A stretch of DNA of 60,723 nt, taken from an uncultured virus (IMG/VR IMGVR_UViG_3300022602_000040) (lineage: Duplodnaviria; Heunggongvirae; Uroviricota; Caudoviricetes). The notes under the pieces were generated by a model. That model made no database searches, had not been told where the DNA came from, and was given only the letters and a program-made list of their open reading frames with translations. The stretch lies in the IMG/VR virus record IMGVR_UViG_3300022602_000040; one strand, written 5' to 3'. The position numbers and the translations under genes were made by a program. Shown here one piece after another: positions 31,297 through 42,344 of this stretch (position 1 is its first letter; the number at the start of each line of letters is the position of its first letter).

Positions 31297-34200
31297 TTAT
31301 ACCTCGACGGTCTTTTGTAGATAATGACCTGATGTTGCTGTGCCCGACTGGGTGGAGTTCGCTGTGATATTTATAGCAGATCCGTTGACGGTTATAGAGA
31401 GCTGTACGTATGTTGGCGTTGCGTTTACAACGTAGTAGCTAGCAGCATTGGTCAGACCCTGTACAGCTGTATTACCTGTATCGGTCGTATAGAGAACGAC
31501 ATCACCGTTTGCAAACACTTGCTGATAGCTCTGCAACGTATGCTGAGCGTGAGTTAACAACTGTGTCAACGCAATAGGAGTACCGCCTGTTACTGTTACA
31601 GATGTTGCTGTGTCAATTGCATTGGATGTTGCGTACGAGAATACCTGACCATTACCAAACGTACCATATACCCTACTAAGTGTAAGCGCTGTAGAGTTAG
31701 CAAGACCAGTGACAATAGCGTTCGCTACAGAGGTAGGAGTAGAGATCACGTACGACTGACCAGGACCGAACCAAGACGTGTTGCTTGTCGTAAACGTGAC
31801 AGCAGTGGTATTTGGCAATGCATAAACAACTGCTGTATTATTTGCACCAGGACTTGACTGCTGATAAATCGATACGTATTGACCGATATAGAACTGAGCA
31901 CTATTTGAAACTACGGACGTGAATGTTGTAGAGTTTGATACACTGTACACTGTTGTGTTTGTGGTAGCTGTGGTACCATTCAACTGATACACACCTTCAC
32001 CAACCGTAAACAATGCACTGTTTGAAACACCAAGTGTGTATACTGCTGGGGATATACCAAGTTGAACACCAAACGTGTTAGACGATACAACGTAGTACAG
32101 AGAGTTGTTTGTCAAGCCACCAACTGTCGAACCAGATGCGTTGTAATACAGCAACTGGTCACCAACAACAAATGGGTTAGGGTTGATGTATGGATCTGTC
32201 GTAGTCGAGATGAAGTTGTTAGGGGATGACCATACTTGATTGTAGGCATCGAACGATCTCTGGTCTTTGTACACGCCGACGAAGATTGTATCATTGGCTG
32301 TGGATACGCTGCTGTTGGCGTTGAACGAGATTTGCTCAACCTTCTGTGCTTCTGCAATTGTTGTAGGAACCGAATCTGTGTCGACTACTTCAACAGCACC
32401 GAATACTCTTGTGCCAGCCATGTGCATGACCTTTTTGAACATTTCAGAGTATTTGTCAAACGGTAGTCTGGAAATAACCTCGTATGAGTATTCCTGGTAA
32501 TAATCATTATCCTGAATTACTTTATTATCCGACAAGAATCCCTTGGAATTATTGTAATAACCAGAACCAGTACCAAGACCACCCAGGTGCAATTTGATAT
32601 TACCAGCACGAGTGCCGTCTAGCGAGAAGAACTCAACTTGGCTGTTATCACTATAACCGAATCCCGAGTCGACAATCTGCAACGTTGTTACAGTGCCGTT
32701 TGCAGTAACAACGTTTGACTGAATATATGCATTCAAACCAATTACGTTAGATGACTGATCTTCTGTAACAATTACCACGTTACCTGTTGCACCAGACGAT
32801 TGACCGGTGACGTTATTACCCTGCTGCCATGTATTGTTGAAGTTCAGTCTCTTTACACCAATCGTAGCATTTTTGCCTGTCGAGTCATACGCAACGGATT
32901 TGACCACCCCTTGAGCAACCACGTAGTTAGTTGATAGGGCAATATTCGAAACGGTTGTGTTGGCTGTTGAGATGTAGCTGTATATCGAACCACCACCCGT
33001 CGATAGCGATCCTGTTGTGTAGGCACCAACGATAATCGATGTGTGGGTTGGAATGCTGAGAATAACAGCAGCACCAGTTGGTGACTGCTTTGTACCCTGA
33101 TATACCTTTTCACCTGACACGAATGGAACGCTGTTAGCAACTGTCAGCGTATAAGACGTCAGATTGGTGTTCTGCGTAATTCTTTCACCAACAGCAAAGC
33201 CACCTGTGACATTCGCTAGCTGCATTGTGTAATCGTGGCGACCATAAGCTGCAATGTAAGGGTTGATTACCTCTACGAACGGAGCAGCGTTGTAGTTGTT
33301 ACCTGGGTTCTCACCAGTGATAGCGCCGATCGATCCGAGGTTGAACTGTTGGTATGTTAATTCAGACCACAACACGTCATTCAATGCGCCGTACGAACTC
33401 TTCTGGAAACCGTATGCAGCTTGAGATAGCTTGACTGTTCTGAATACCTGATTTGCGACGTTGGCTTGAGGTGCTGCAGCTACGTTAGCAATAGCAACGT
33501 TGGTTGACAATGCTCCAGGAGTTACCTGAAGCAAGCCATCACTGCTTGTTGTATAGTTGTATACGTAGATGTTTGAATTGGTTGTACCGCTGACAGACCA
33601 TGTGTTCTGTGAACCTGTAGTTACCAGATAGTTTGTATTCGAGCTAACAATCTGGCCAAAGTTGACCTTCATCAAATAGTTCGCTGTCGTTAATGACGCT
33701 TTGTTGTTAGCAAAGTATGGGAACGTCGATGAGGTATTCGCTAGCTGTAAGTAATCATATCCACGACCAAGAATCAAACCGGATGTGTTCGATGACACAA
33801 CATAATAGATTCCATTATTAACCATGTCATTAATAGGAGCAGATGTATTTGCTCTATACTTGACATAGTCGCCTGGATGGTAATATGTGTTGGCGTTTGC
33901 TAGTGTAATGAAGCCGTTAGAAGCATTTAATGCAGTGCTAGGAATAAATGAGTTGATATTGTATTCCTGAAACACGGTATTACCAACAGCAAAGCCACTA
34001 TTAGACGATACACCAATTATTGCTCTTGTAAGATCGATGTAAGCATTGGATACGCCAACGACACCGTTATTGCCATTAAGCATGTCGGTGTTCAAGAAGT
34101 CTTGTTCCGTATCACCCAGTGCGCCAATGTTGAATGTTGCGCCGATGCCAGTACTACCACCAACTAGGTTAGCGGTTGTTCCGTAAATCGAACCGTATGT

Positions 34201-35919
34201 ATACATCCCACCTGTGTTGAATGAATTCGACACGTTGTAGATACCAAACGTGCCCTGCACACCAAACACATTAGCAGTGGTTGTTAGCGTGGTTGATGAG
34301 TTAGATACGCCTACGTTGACATTAGGCTTGTATGCACCAGAAGTATTCGATACAGTAACAGTCGTATAGTTACCAACGGTGACAGCCGACTTTAAATACC
34401 CATTGGCCCATGTCTGTGTGCTGTTACCCTGAAATACGTAGTTACCGACTTTCTGAAAGTCTGGTACGTTACCGCCTGGTGTGATGTTGTTCAGAGTCAG
34501 TATGACAGTGTTCGACTCGCCCATGATCTGAGCAGTCGCTGATTGGTCAGCGTAAGCATACACGTTAGCATACTTTGTGTTACCGCTGTTGACGAGGTTT
34601 GCACTAAGAGGAATTGTATTCCCCTTGTACAACGAAATTGTCATGTAACCGTTCGTCGAGCTGGTATTAGCAATGCTATAGATTACCCCAGCCGCTGCAA
34701 CAGTCGTTGCGTTGGAATAATAATAAACAGTCTCACCATTGCTGAATAATGTGCTAGCATTGGTAAACTGAATATTGGCCTGTGGCTGAATTAATGTTTC
34801 AAAATTCTTGAAGTACAGAGCATTATTTGTCGAGTTGATATTCGTTAGCGTAAGAACATCACTCGAGAGAATAACCTCTGTGGCTGTTGTATTTGTATAT
34901 CCCCACCCGCTGTTAAGTAGCGAGAAGTCCACAAGACCCGTCGAGTTAGTTGTAGCAGCAACACGACCGAGACCAGCTTCCCCAGGATTGGTCGGCGAGC
35001 TAATATTGACGATGTCGCCCACATTAAATGTCTGGCCACCTTGCAACACATCGACAGTTGTCAACGATCCAACAATTCGTGGAGCATCTGCATACAACGT
35101 GTCTACTTGTAGCGGCTCGTTTACTTCAAATGTTCCTTCAACGTTCGTCACGTAAAGAATGCACGATGTCGAACCAGACACGCGACGCTTGATATAGCTA
35201 CTGACAAACGCCTGAGCTCTCGATACAGCTCCGGTGATTACTTGACCGACAAACCCTACTGTTCGTGTTGAATCAGAGATTTCAATGTATTGTGGAATCG
35301 TCCATTGGCCATCCGATACGCGAAGAATGTCATCGCCTGGATAGTACACCTTCGCATCTGTACCATAGATCAAACGGAAGAAAAGATCAACCGATTTCTC
35401 CGTACCCTTAGAACGATACAAGTCAAGAGAGTTCTTGATCAATAGCTTCTTATTGGTAGCAGTATCGAACTGAATATTCTTGAGATATTTCTCTTTGAAT
35501 TGAACAATAAATTCATCAGGAGTGGTATCGATGTCACGCGACTTGAAAATGTTTCTTGCCTGATACGTAGGTGTCATGATGTTGACAGCCAATACGTGGC
35601 TATTACCACCTTCAGAAGATACCAGGTGGTCATCGTTAGTTGTCAGTGAAGACTGTTGGAAGTTGCCTGTAGTGCTTGTGACGTTGATCAATACGTTGGC
35701 ACCATCGACCGTTACGATTGTACCTGTTGTGTTACCTTGGCTGACGGTATCCCCAGCAGTGAATAGAGTATTCGATTCGAGTGTAAGTAGCTGATAGTTG
35801 CTTTCCAGCCATTCGTAATACGCCTTGACGAACGCAATAAAGTCTGGACCCTCTTCTTTATAGAATGCGGGGAATTGCGACTCGACCAGCGGTGAAATAA
35901 ACTGTTCGATGTCTGCCAT
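31297..35919 (-). CDS. gp7: Baseplate wedge initiator gp7-like
   Basis: SQFPAFY.E...F..F.KAYYEWLE, LYRSKGTEKS..LFFR, IQDNDYYQEYSY...MHMAG; located between gp6 and gp8. Confidence 0.82.
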   Translation of the reverse strand: MADIEQFISPLVESQFPAFYKEEGPDFIAFVKAYYEWLESNYQLLTLESNTLFTAGDTVSQGNTTGTIVTVDGANVLINVTSTTGNFQQSSLTTNDDHLVSSEGGNSHVLAVNIMTPTYQARNIFKSRDIDTTPDEFIVQFKEKYLKNIQFDTATNKKLLIKNSLDLYRSKGTEKSVDLFFRLIYGTDAKVYYPGDDILRVSDGQWTIPQYIEISDSTRTVGFVGQVITGAVSRAQAFVSSYIKRRVSGSTSCILYVTNVEGTFEVNEPLQVDTLYADAPRIVGSLTTVDVLQGGQTFNVGDIVNISSPTNPGEAGLGRVAATTNSTGLVDFSLLNSGWGYTNTTATEVILSSDVLTLTNINSTNNALYFKNFETLIQPQANIQFTNASTLFSNGETVYYYSNATTVAAAGVIYSIANTSSTNGYMTISLYKGNTIPLSANLVNSGNTKYANVYAYADQSATAQIMGESNTVILTLNNITPGGNVPDFQKVGNYVFQGNSTQTWANGYLKSAVTVGNYTTVTVSNTSGAYKPNVNVGVSNSSTTLTTTANVFGVQGTFGIYNVSNSFNTGGMYTYGSIYGTTANLVGGSTGIGATFNIGALGDTEQDFLNTDMLNGNNGVVGVSNAYIDLTRAIIGVSSNSGFAVGNTVFQEYNINSFIPSTALNASNGFITLANANTYYHPGDYVKYRANTSAPINDMVNNGIYYVVSSNTSGLILGRGYDYLQLANTSSTFPYFANNKASLTTANYLMKVNFGQIVSSNTNYLVTTGSQNTWSVSGTTNSNIYVYNYTTSSDGLLQVTPGALSTNVAIANVAAAPQANVANQVFRTVKLSQAAYGFQKSSYGALNDVLWSELTYQQFNLGSIGAITGENPGNNYNAAPFVEVINPYIAAYGRHDYTMQLANVTGGFAVGERITQNTNLTSYTLTVANSVPFVSGEKVYQGTKQSPTGAAVILSIPTHTSIIVGAYTTGSLSTGGGSIYSYISTANTTVSNIALSTNYVVAQGVVKSVAYDSTGKNATIGVKRLNFNNTWQQGNNVTGQSSGATGNVVIVTEDQSSNVIGLNAYIQSNVVTANGTVTTLQIVDSGFGYSDNSQVEFFSLDGTRAGNIKLHLGGLGTGSGYYNNSKGFLSDNKVIQDNDYYQEYSYEVISRLPFDKYSEMFKKVMHMAGTRVFGAVEVVDTDSVPTTIAEAQKVEQISFNANSSVSTANDTIFVGVYKDQRSFDAYNQVWSSPNNFISTTTDPYINPNPFVVGDQLLYYNASGSTVGGLTNNSLYYVVSSNTFGVQLGISPAVYTLGVSNSALFTVGEGVYQLNGTTATTNTTVYSVSNSTTFTSVVSNSAQFYIGQYVSIYQQSSPGANNTAVVYALPNTTAVTFTTSNTSWFGPGQSYVISTPTSVANAIVTGLANSTALTLSRVYGTFGNGQVFSYATSNAIDTATSVTVTGGTPIALTQLLTHAQHTLQSYQQVFANGDVVLYTTDTGNTAVQGLTNAASYYVVNATPTYVQLSITVNGSAINITANSTQSGTATSGHYLQKTVEV

Positions 35920-37721
35920 TATTCGCGAACCTGATTAACTGTGACGGAAATGTCTGCTTGAGAAATACGTAGAACGACGTTATTCGTCGAGAAAATGTCT
36001 GAGCTAGCTGTGTATGCATAGAACTTCAGATAACTGCCTGAGAACCCGTCAATTTGCAAATTAGAGATGCTTATTAGGCCGGTTGTATAATTGATCGTAC
36101 CGATGTTCTTGATTGTCTGGTGAACACCACCTGCTGTCGACACAATACGAACATTGCCTACACCATCGTCTTCGATATACGCTGCTTGCCCGTTGTATGT
36201 GATAGGTGAGGACCAGAATGTCTGTTTGTCGGTAGCAAGGCTAATTGTTCCCACCTCTGGATAGATCTGCTGAAGCGGCATACCGAAATCGATATTGAAC
36301 GTCTGATACTGACCTACGGATGGAACGAAATAACGTGTAGCAATAACATCTGTTTCGTTCGACACCATTGAAGGATCACTGTTGTCAATAGCATTAACCA
36401 GCTTCGAATAACGTAGAGTCTTATTGAAATCGTTTAGATATTGATTTGAATAATTGACAATAGACGAAATAACCAGAGTATTGATATCTGCTGGTGTCAG
36501 TGTGCTGATATTGATATTGTAATTGACAATGGAGTTGACGGTAATGTACATGTGGTCAGCATCGACCAATACAGGGTCAACAGAAAGTGGCGAACGTGGC
36601 TTCAAGAAGTTATAGTATTCCTGCTTCTTCGTATCAGGAACAACATTTGTGTTAGCGATGTCGACGCAAACAAACACGCGACCGAACTGTGGTGGATTAA
36701 GGTTTTCCCCACCATATGCTGTGGCTGTGTTGACTTCTGGGAAGTTTTGCTTTAAAAGGGTGATGTAGTCATCAGTCGTAATAGCACGCTCTTGTGTAGC
36801 AAAGTGACGTGGGGCGTTGTACTTGATCGAGTCGATTGACTCTGAGATAGAACCCCCAGACGCCGGGTAAAGAGTGATTACCTGAATGTTGACTTCGTTG
36901 TCGATAGAAGAGTCGGGAACGAATGTGTTGCAGCCGTTAGGGAGCTCACCAGACGACACACGATATTCGATAGTGACTATCGAGTTTGGCTTAGGAGCGC
37001 GACCAGAAACACCATCACCGAATACCACTTCATAAGTGCTGTTCTCAGCCCCTTGAAGGAAGAATACTGTCGATATCGATGTAACGTCGAACAAAGATTG
37101 AGCTGGTGTGTATGTATAGACAGATGCGCCAAGATCCTCGCTTACGGTAACAGTTATCGATGACGTATCTACGTTTGGATTTGTTAGCACATAGCGTGTG
37201 TTGTTGCCTGGTGTTACGGTATACGTATCAACAGCATAGTCACCTTCGTATAGTGTGATACCTGTTCCAGCGAATACGTTGAGATTGTTAATGATTTGAG
37301 AGTCGCTAATAACAATATTCTTATCGGTAGAGAATGTAAATGACTGCAAACCACTACGTGCCGTAAATGTTGTTCCCTTTGGAATTGTGATCGATGTCTT
37401 TGTCAAGTCTGCAGAAGATATTAAAAGAGATACAGTAGCTTCTGCAGACTTGAACGATCCTGGAACGTAGTTCAATTCTTTTGCATGGGAGACAACACTA
37501 TCGCGCATTAGAGCGGTATCAAGGAACATTTCGTTACCGATCATGTTCAGATAGAACGAATTCAAGTATGTGTTGTAAGAAAGGATGTCCAACAGGACCG
37601 ACATATTCGAACCATCGAAGTCGTAATCCTTGAAGCGATCCTGAGCGCGCAAGAACTGCTTCAGAGTATTCTTCTGGGTGTCGAAGTCGAGATTGGAAAG
37701 AATAATACTTGAGTTGGCCAT
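35919..37721 (-). CDS. gp6: Baseplate wedge subunit gp6
   Basis: LDFD..K..LK.FL..Q..FKDYDFDGS.MSVLLDILSYNT, FGDGV.G, QERAITTDDY. Confidence 0.95.
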   Translation of the reverse strand: MANSSIILSNLDFDTQKNTLKQFLRAQDRFKDYDFDGSNMSVLLDILSYNTYLNSFYLNMIGNEMFLDTALMRDSVVSHAKELNYVPGSFKSAEATVSLLISSADLTKTSITIPKGTTFTARSGLQSFTFSTDKNIVISDSQIINNLNVFAGTGITLYEGDYAVDTYTVTPGNNTRYVLTNPNVDTSSITVTVSEDLGASVYTYTPAQSLFDVTSISTVFFLQGAENSTYEVVFGDGVSGRAPKPNSIVTIEYRVSSGELPNGCNTFVPDSSIDNEVNIQVITLYPASGGSISESIDSIKYNAPRHFATQERAITTDDYITLLKQNFPEVNTATAYGGENLNPPQFGRVFVCVDIANTNVVPDTKKQEYYNFLKPRSPLSVDPVLVDADHMYITVNSIVNYNINISTLTPADINTLVISSIVNYSNQYLNDFNKTLRYSKLVNAIDNSDPSMVSNETDVIATRYFVPSVGQYQTFNIDFGMPLQQIYPEVGTISLATDKQTFWSSPITYNGQAAYIEDDGVGNVRIVSTAGGVHQTIKNIGTINYTTGLISISNLQIDGFSGSYLKFYAYTASSDIFSTNNVVLRISQADISVTVNQVRE

Positions 37722-38149
37722 TATCTTACTCTATAGAGGGTAATTGTAGTTGTCTGTACAGCTTGATTATTTATGATCATGAATTGAACGGTTACAGCGA
37801 ATGATTGCTGAGCATCATTAGGAACAACGTCTACGCTAATTAACTTGCAGCGAGGTTCGTGGTTGGTAATTGTTTGTGTAATAAGACTTTGCAGCGAGCT
37901 AGCAGAGATGCTATCCATTGGCTCAAATAGAACAGATCTTAGATCTGTACCTAGTATTGGTTGAAAGAATCTCTCGCCAGGGTTTGTCTGAATTAGGTTG
38001 CGAATAGAGCGCTTAACAGCATTCTCGTTGACGTAGCGAACGATATCACCAGTTTGTGGGTGAGGATTGAGGTCAGGCAAAAAGTCAGAATAAATCTGCT
38101 GAGTGCGGTTTGTCTGTGTATAATTATCCGCTCTTACTTGAACCGCCAT
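37721..38149 (-). CDS. gp25: Baseplate wedge subunit gp25
   Basis: AVKRSIRNLIQTNPGERFFQP.LG..L...LFEP, EPR motifs. Confidence 0.95.
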   Translation of the reverse strand: MAVQVRADNYTQTNRTQQIYSDFLPDLNPHPQTGDIVRYVNENAVKRSIRNLIQTNPGERFFQPILGTDLRSVLFEPMDSISASSLQSLITQTITNHEPRCKLISVDVVPNDAQQSFAVTVQFMIINNQAVQTTTITLYRVR

Positions 38150-38158
38150 TTATTCCTC

Positions 38159-39964
38159 TTATGAATATACTGTATTTGTATTTGCCGATACCACTGCAAA
38201 CTGATTCATAGCTGTGACCACGCAATAATAATAGTTAGAATTACCAGGGTTGTATACATTAGATGTAGCACCCGTGATAGGTGATCCGTTCGAAGCATAC
38301 CATTGATACGAATAAGCGACAGGAGAACCTGCCCACACACCTGTATTAGTTGACACAGTCGTACCACTGACCAATACAGCCACTGGTGCGGTAGTATTTA
38401 TAGGAGGTGACGTGATCGTTGCTGACTCTGATGATATAAGAGTTACGTTACCACCATAGATGCTGTTCGATACTGTGACATAGCACTGAAGTGTATGACC
38501 AGCGTCCAACGCGGCAGGAGAGTATGTATTGGCTGTTGCGCTATTGATAGCAGTATTCGTATGACCCCACACCCACTGATATGTGTATGTGAAGTTGTTG
38601 GAATTGTCTGCAGGATCCAATGTCCATGTACCGATCGTAGCAGTGACCGTATTGCCTGTCTGCGTATTACCTGTAATCGTAACTGTGGCTGTTGGTGCCA
38701 TATACGGATTGATAATCGTTGACGAGTTCAATGTGTTAGCAGCACCAGAGCTGATATTGTTCTCTGCAAATACTTGACAGAACACTATGTTACCGACATC
38801 GCTGAACCGTGGGTTGTATGACTCTGTGTTTGCACCAAGGATTTGAGTAGGAACGATCATCGTATTTGTCTGGTCGCCTCTCCACCACTGATAGGTATAA
38901 ACAAGACTATCCCCGACCCATACACCATTCGAGGTAGTTAATGTGTTCGAGTATGCAGCATTACCTGTAATCACCGGAATTGTATTGCATACTGCTGGAG
39001 ACTGATTAGCATAAGAGCTTGTGTCAGAGATCAGGTTGTTACCAGCACCGTTCGACAGACTTGTAAGGAAGTTGATTGTCGACGTAGTGTCGATGTAGCT
39101 ATTGCCACCTGTAATATTGGTAATCTGAGACTGAGCTGAACCTGCTAGTGATGCGGCCGATGCAAGTGTGTTGTTAATCGAGCTCTGCAGCGTATTAAAC
39201 GATCTAATAGTTCCCTGAAGGTCAGAAAGGAACTGTCCAACACCGACACCACCCTCAGAACCGTCAGCACCGGCCAACTGCTTTTGAATAGCGGAAGAGA
39301 TCTGCTGCTGAAGTTTGCAGGCCTCTCTGTGGATGAAGTCGTCGATGTTATTGATTATGTTTTGCTCGACTTGGTTGACGAATGACTGAGAGCACTTCTC
39401 AATTCTCGACACAGCATCAATACACGCAGCGACGAGATTGGTTACGGCCTGCACCAGTTGAATGATTTCCATGATTGTGCGAAGAGCTGTTTCCAATTCA
39501 GGTAGAGCGTCTTGTGTGGTGAACTTTACGATCCACTTAACAATCGACACAGGATCTGGCGAAGGAATACCTAGCTTGCGTGTGGCACTTGCTAGCTTCT
39601 TCTGAGCAGTCTGAGTAGCATCGTCAGCACGGTGCATAGCCTTTTCGAGAAGGTCTTGTGCGTCCTTCTTTAGAGCTTCACAGTCAGTTGCTGCTTTGAT
39701 CTTGTTGGTCAAAAGAACAAGATCATACGTCCAGCGTTGGATGTCATCCATCTTGCCAGGAGCATGACGCTTTGGTGTGTATCCGATTTGCTTGAAGCAG
39801 CCAGAAGGAATATGACCGCTGTTTGCTACCAAGGAGTTAAAGAAGTGACTCTGTGGACTAACAGTAGCAACAGTCGTATCCTGAGCTGGTGGCGGTGGTG
39901 GCGAAGGAGCCGCGCTTGTTGTAGGTGTCGTGAATGTAGAGTCAGTTAGTGGGGGATTAGCCAT
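38159..39964 (-). CDS. Baseplate-region protein with helical N-half and three Ig-like repeats
   Basis: Three P.ITG...T...G.W.....YTYQW....I..AT...Y.....C.V.A.N units. Confidence 0.7.
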   Translation of the reverse strand: MANPPLTDSTFTTPTTSAAPSPPPPPAQDTTVATVSPQSHFFNSLVANSGHIPSGCFKQIGYTPKRHAPGKMDDIQRWTYDLVLLTNKIKAATDCEALKKDAQDLLEKAMHRADDATQTAQKKLASATRKLGIPSPDPVSIVKWIVKFTTQDALPELETALRTIMEIIQLVQAVTNLVAACIDAVSRIEKCSQSFVNQVEQNIINNIDDFIHREACKLQQQISSAIQKQLAGADGSEGGVGVGQFLSDLQGTIRSFNTLQSSINNTLASAASLAGSAQSQITNITGGNSYIDTTSTINFLTSLSNGAGNNLISDTSSYANQSPAVCNTIPVITGNAAYSNTLTTSNGVWVGDSLVYTYQWWRGDQTNTMIVPTQILGANTESYNPRFSDVGNIVFCQVFAENNISSGAANTLNSSTIINPYMAPTATVTITGNTQTGNTVTATIGTWTLDPADNSNNFTYTYQWVWGHTNTAINSATANTYSPAALDAGHTLQCYVTVSNSIYGGNVTLISSESATITSPPINTTAPVAVLVSGTTVSTNTGVWAGSPVAYSYQWYASNGSPITGATSNVYNPGNSNYYYCVVTAMNQFAVVSANTNTVYS

Positions 39965-40917
39965 TATGCTAGCACGCTCCTAATTGCACCGGTGACGAGG
40001 CCACCAGCAACAGAATACATATCGCCGTCGATACCAGATATGGTGCCGTCCGCGCCGATAGAGCTTGTAATTGGTCCATTAACGGCCAAGGTTCCTTGTG
40101 TTACGTTAATACCACCAGGCGCTGTGTATGTGAAGTTACCACCAGCTCTATGGGTTTGAGTAACAGCTTCTGTCGAAAGCGTGGCACCAGCCGAGATAGC
40201 AAAGTTACCACCAACAACAAAGCGGCAGTCACCATAGACCGTATGTGTGTAGTTGCCACGAACGATTAGAGCATAGTCGCCGCTGATCGTTACCTTCTTG
40301 TTCTTCATATCGACTTCGACAGCGTCACCATTGACACGAGCTGTAAGTGTACCGTTGTTGGCTACTTCCATATACGTACCAGAAGGACCATGGTATACGT
40401 TGATTCGTTCGTGTCCTGGTGTATCGTCTAACTCAACAGCATGACCCGAAGGTGTTGTGATTGTCTTGTTGAATGGATACTGAGCACCGTAAGGAGCAGG
40501 AATTGCGGTATTGTCTTCAGGAGATCCAGCTTCAGGTCCAACAGGATCCTTCTTCAGCGTCTGTGTTCCTCGAGCGAGTGGGCTAACAGCATTCTGCTTT
40601 GGATCGCCGTCTTTAATGATGTGGAATGAACCCATGATCAATGGGTTCTCTGCTTGGCGACCATCGAGGAAGAAACCAACTACCTGTGTGCCAACAGCCA
40701 ATCCAGTAGGCGATACACCTATCCCATCAAGACTTGCTGAGGTAGATGGGGCCATTAGCTGAGCATGAGGAAGCTGATCATCTGTCCAGGCATCGTGCCA
40801 GTGATTGGCACGGATCTTTACACGGCCGAGTTTGAGAGGATCGGAATCGATTTTCACCACGGTTGCAATGAACCATGTGAATCCCTCCATCCCCATTAAT
40901 TGTGTACCGTTACTCAT
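39964..40917 (-). CDS. gp5: Baseplate hub/spike gp5 (no lysozyme domain)
   Basis: DPLKLGRVKIR, VVGFFLDG, YPFN...T.SGH..ELDDTPGHERI motifs. Confidence 0.9.
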   Translation of the reverse strand: MSNGTQLMGMEGFTWFIATVVKIDSDPLKLGRVKIRANHWHDAWTDDQLPHAQLMAPSTSASLDGIGVSPTGLAVGTQVVGFFLDGRQAENPLIMGSFHIIKDGDPKQNAVSPLARGTQTLKKDPVGPEAGSPEDNTAIPAPYGAQYPFNKTITTPSGHAVELDDTPGHERINVYHGPSGTYMEVANNGTLTARVNGDAVEVDMKNKKVTISGDYALIVRGNYTHTVYGDCRFVVGGNFAISAGATLSTEAVTQTHRAGGNFTYTAPGGINVTQGTLAVNGPITSSIGADGTISGIDGDMYSVAGGLVTGAIRSVLA

Positions 40918-42344
40918 TATACTCCTCCCACCGTTCCTCTAATCAGAGCCAACGACATGATGTGCTGTGATCTGCCGCTATTGACGATCATATGTCTTAC
41001 TGCAGAGACTAGGTAGTTGCCACTTGTTAGTTTAGAATTCTTGCCTTCATCCTCACTCATACCATCAGCTGGAGGAAGATAGCACTTAATACCATCGCCT
41101 GCTGTGATGTCTGTGTCACCATATACTTCGACGATAGCACCGAACTGAGTTACCTTGGCGATAAACCCTCTCTCGTTGGTAATCTTCTGTCCGATAAGAT
41201 GAGGGTCGTAATTAACACCCTGCTCAATGTATTTAGCGCTATTGACTGGGATGTTGTAAATGTTTGTTGTCGTGTCCCCATGTAGCTGTTGGAATGTCTG
41301 GCTGAATATTGTTCCACCTTTTCCTTTATCAGCACCAACAGAGAATTGGCTATCGGAATTTGTATATGTGGTGACTTTTCTTACGCCTGTAATATTATCA
41401 TATGTCTTAGCAATAGACAAAAGACCACCGTCACTTACGTATTGATTCGAATCGTTTGCTTTAGAGTATTCGAAGCCAAGTATATTTCTCACCACGACGT
41501 TCTTTAGGGACATATCTGTCGAACCATTATCGAAGAAGAACACCTTATCGTTTGTTACGCCAAGAGCGCCACTAAAAGAAGCTGAGCAGTCTGCCAACAA
41601 CTTTTCCATAGTGACGAAATTGTAACCGTTTTTATTCTGAAAGAACAAATATGAGTTCGAGTCATACTTCTTGGACATAGCAGCAGACAAGCCAGTGATC
41701 TTGTTGATCGCTTTGAAAGGCTCTAGGTTCGGAATGCTGATAGGCTCGGTGCCTTTAGTGTCCTCTACCGTGATCGGAATGATACTACCAAGGCCACCTT
41801 TCTTGTCTTGAATAATATGCTTGACAGCATCACTTGCACCTTGTAGGTATGTGCTATTGATGAACGTCTTTGAGTTCTTAATCACATCTGGATTAGCCAA
41901 GGTAACAGTATAAGTCTTGAACTTGTTGTTCTCATCAACTTTAACACTGCTACGACCTGTTGCTCTGAATAGATACGACGACTTCTTGGTATTACCAGGA
42001 GTCTGCAATACAATATTGACGTATTCCTGACCGTTGATATTAAACGATTCGCCGACGTTGACGCCGTCCTGAATGCCGAGCACACAAAAGATGGAAGGGT
42101 GGAGAATGTCTTCGTAAATGTCGATCGTCTTCACCTGGTCGCGGATGTTGACTTTTGTCTGTCCGTTTTCATCTACAATAGCAATACCGATGATGTCAAT
42201 ATCACCTGCAACAGTCATCTGTTCACCGGCAATACCGGAACCACCCATACCAAACGAACCAAGGACTCCGTTCGTGATCCCTCCTTCGATAGCACCTAAT
42301 AGGCTGTTCTCGATTGTACTGAGAATGTTATTGATAAGTCCCAT
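40917..42344 (-). CDS. Baseplate hub protein, gp27-like
   Basis: IDIYEDI, YLFFQN..GYNF, V.GD..I.AGD, SGNYLVSAVRH; located between gp53 and gp5. Confidence 0.7.
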   Translation of the reverse strand: MGLINNILSTIENSLLGAIEGGITNGVLGSFGMGGSGIAGEQMTVAGDIDIIGIAIVDENGQTKVNIRDQVKTIDIYEDILHPSIFCVLGIQDGVNVGESFNINGQEYVNIVLQTPGNTKKSSYLFRATGRSSVKVDENNKFKTYTVTLANPDVIKNSKTFINSTYLQGASDAVKHIIQDKKGGLGSIIPITVEDTKGTEPISIPNLEPFKAINKITGLSAAMSKKYDSNSYLFFQNKNGYNFVTMEKLLADCSASFSGALGVTNDKVFFFDNGSTDMSLKNVVVRNILGFEYSKANDSNQYVSDGGLLSIAKTYDNITGVRKVTTYTNSDSQFSVGADKGKGGTIFSQTFQQLHGDTTTNIYNIPVNSAKYIEQGVNYDPHLIGQKITNERGFIAKVTQFGAIVEVYGDTDITAGDGIKCYLPPADGMSEDEGKNSKLTSGNYLVSAVRHMIVNSGRSQHIMSLALIRGTVGGV

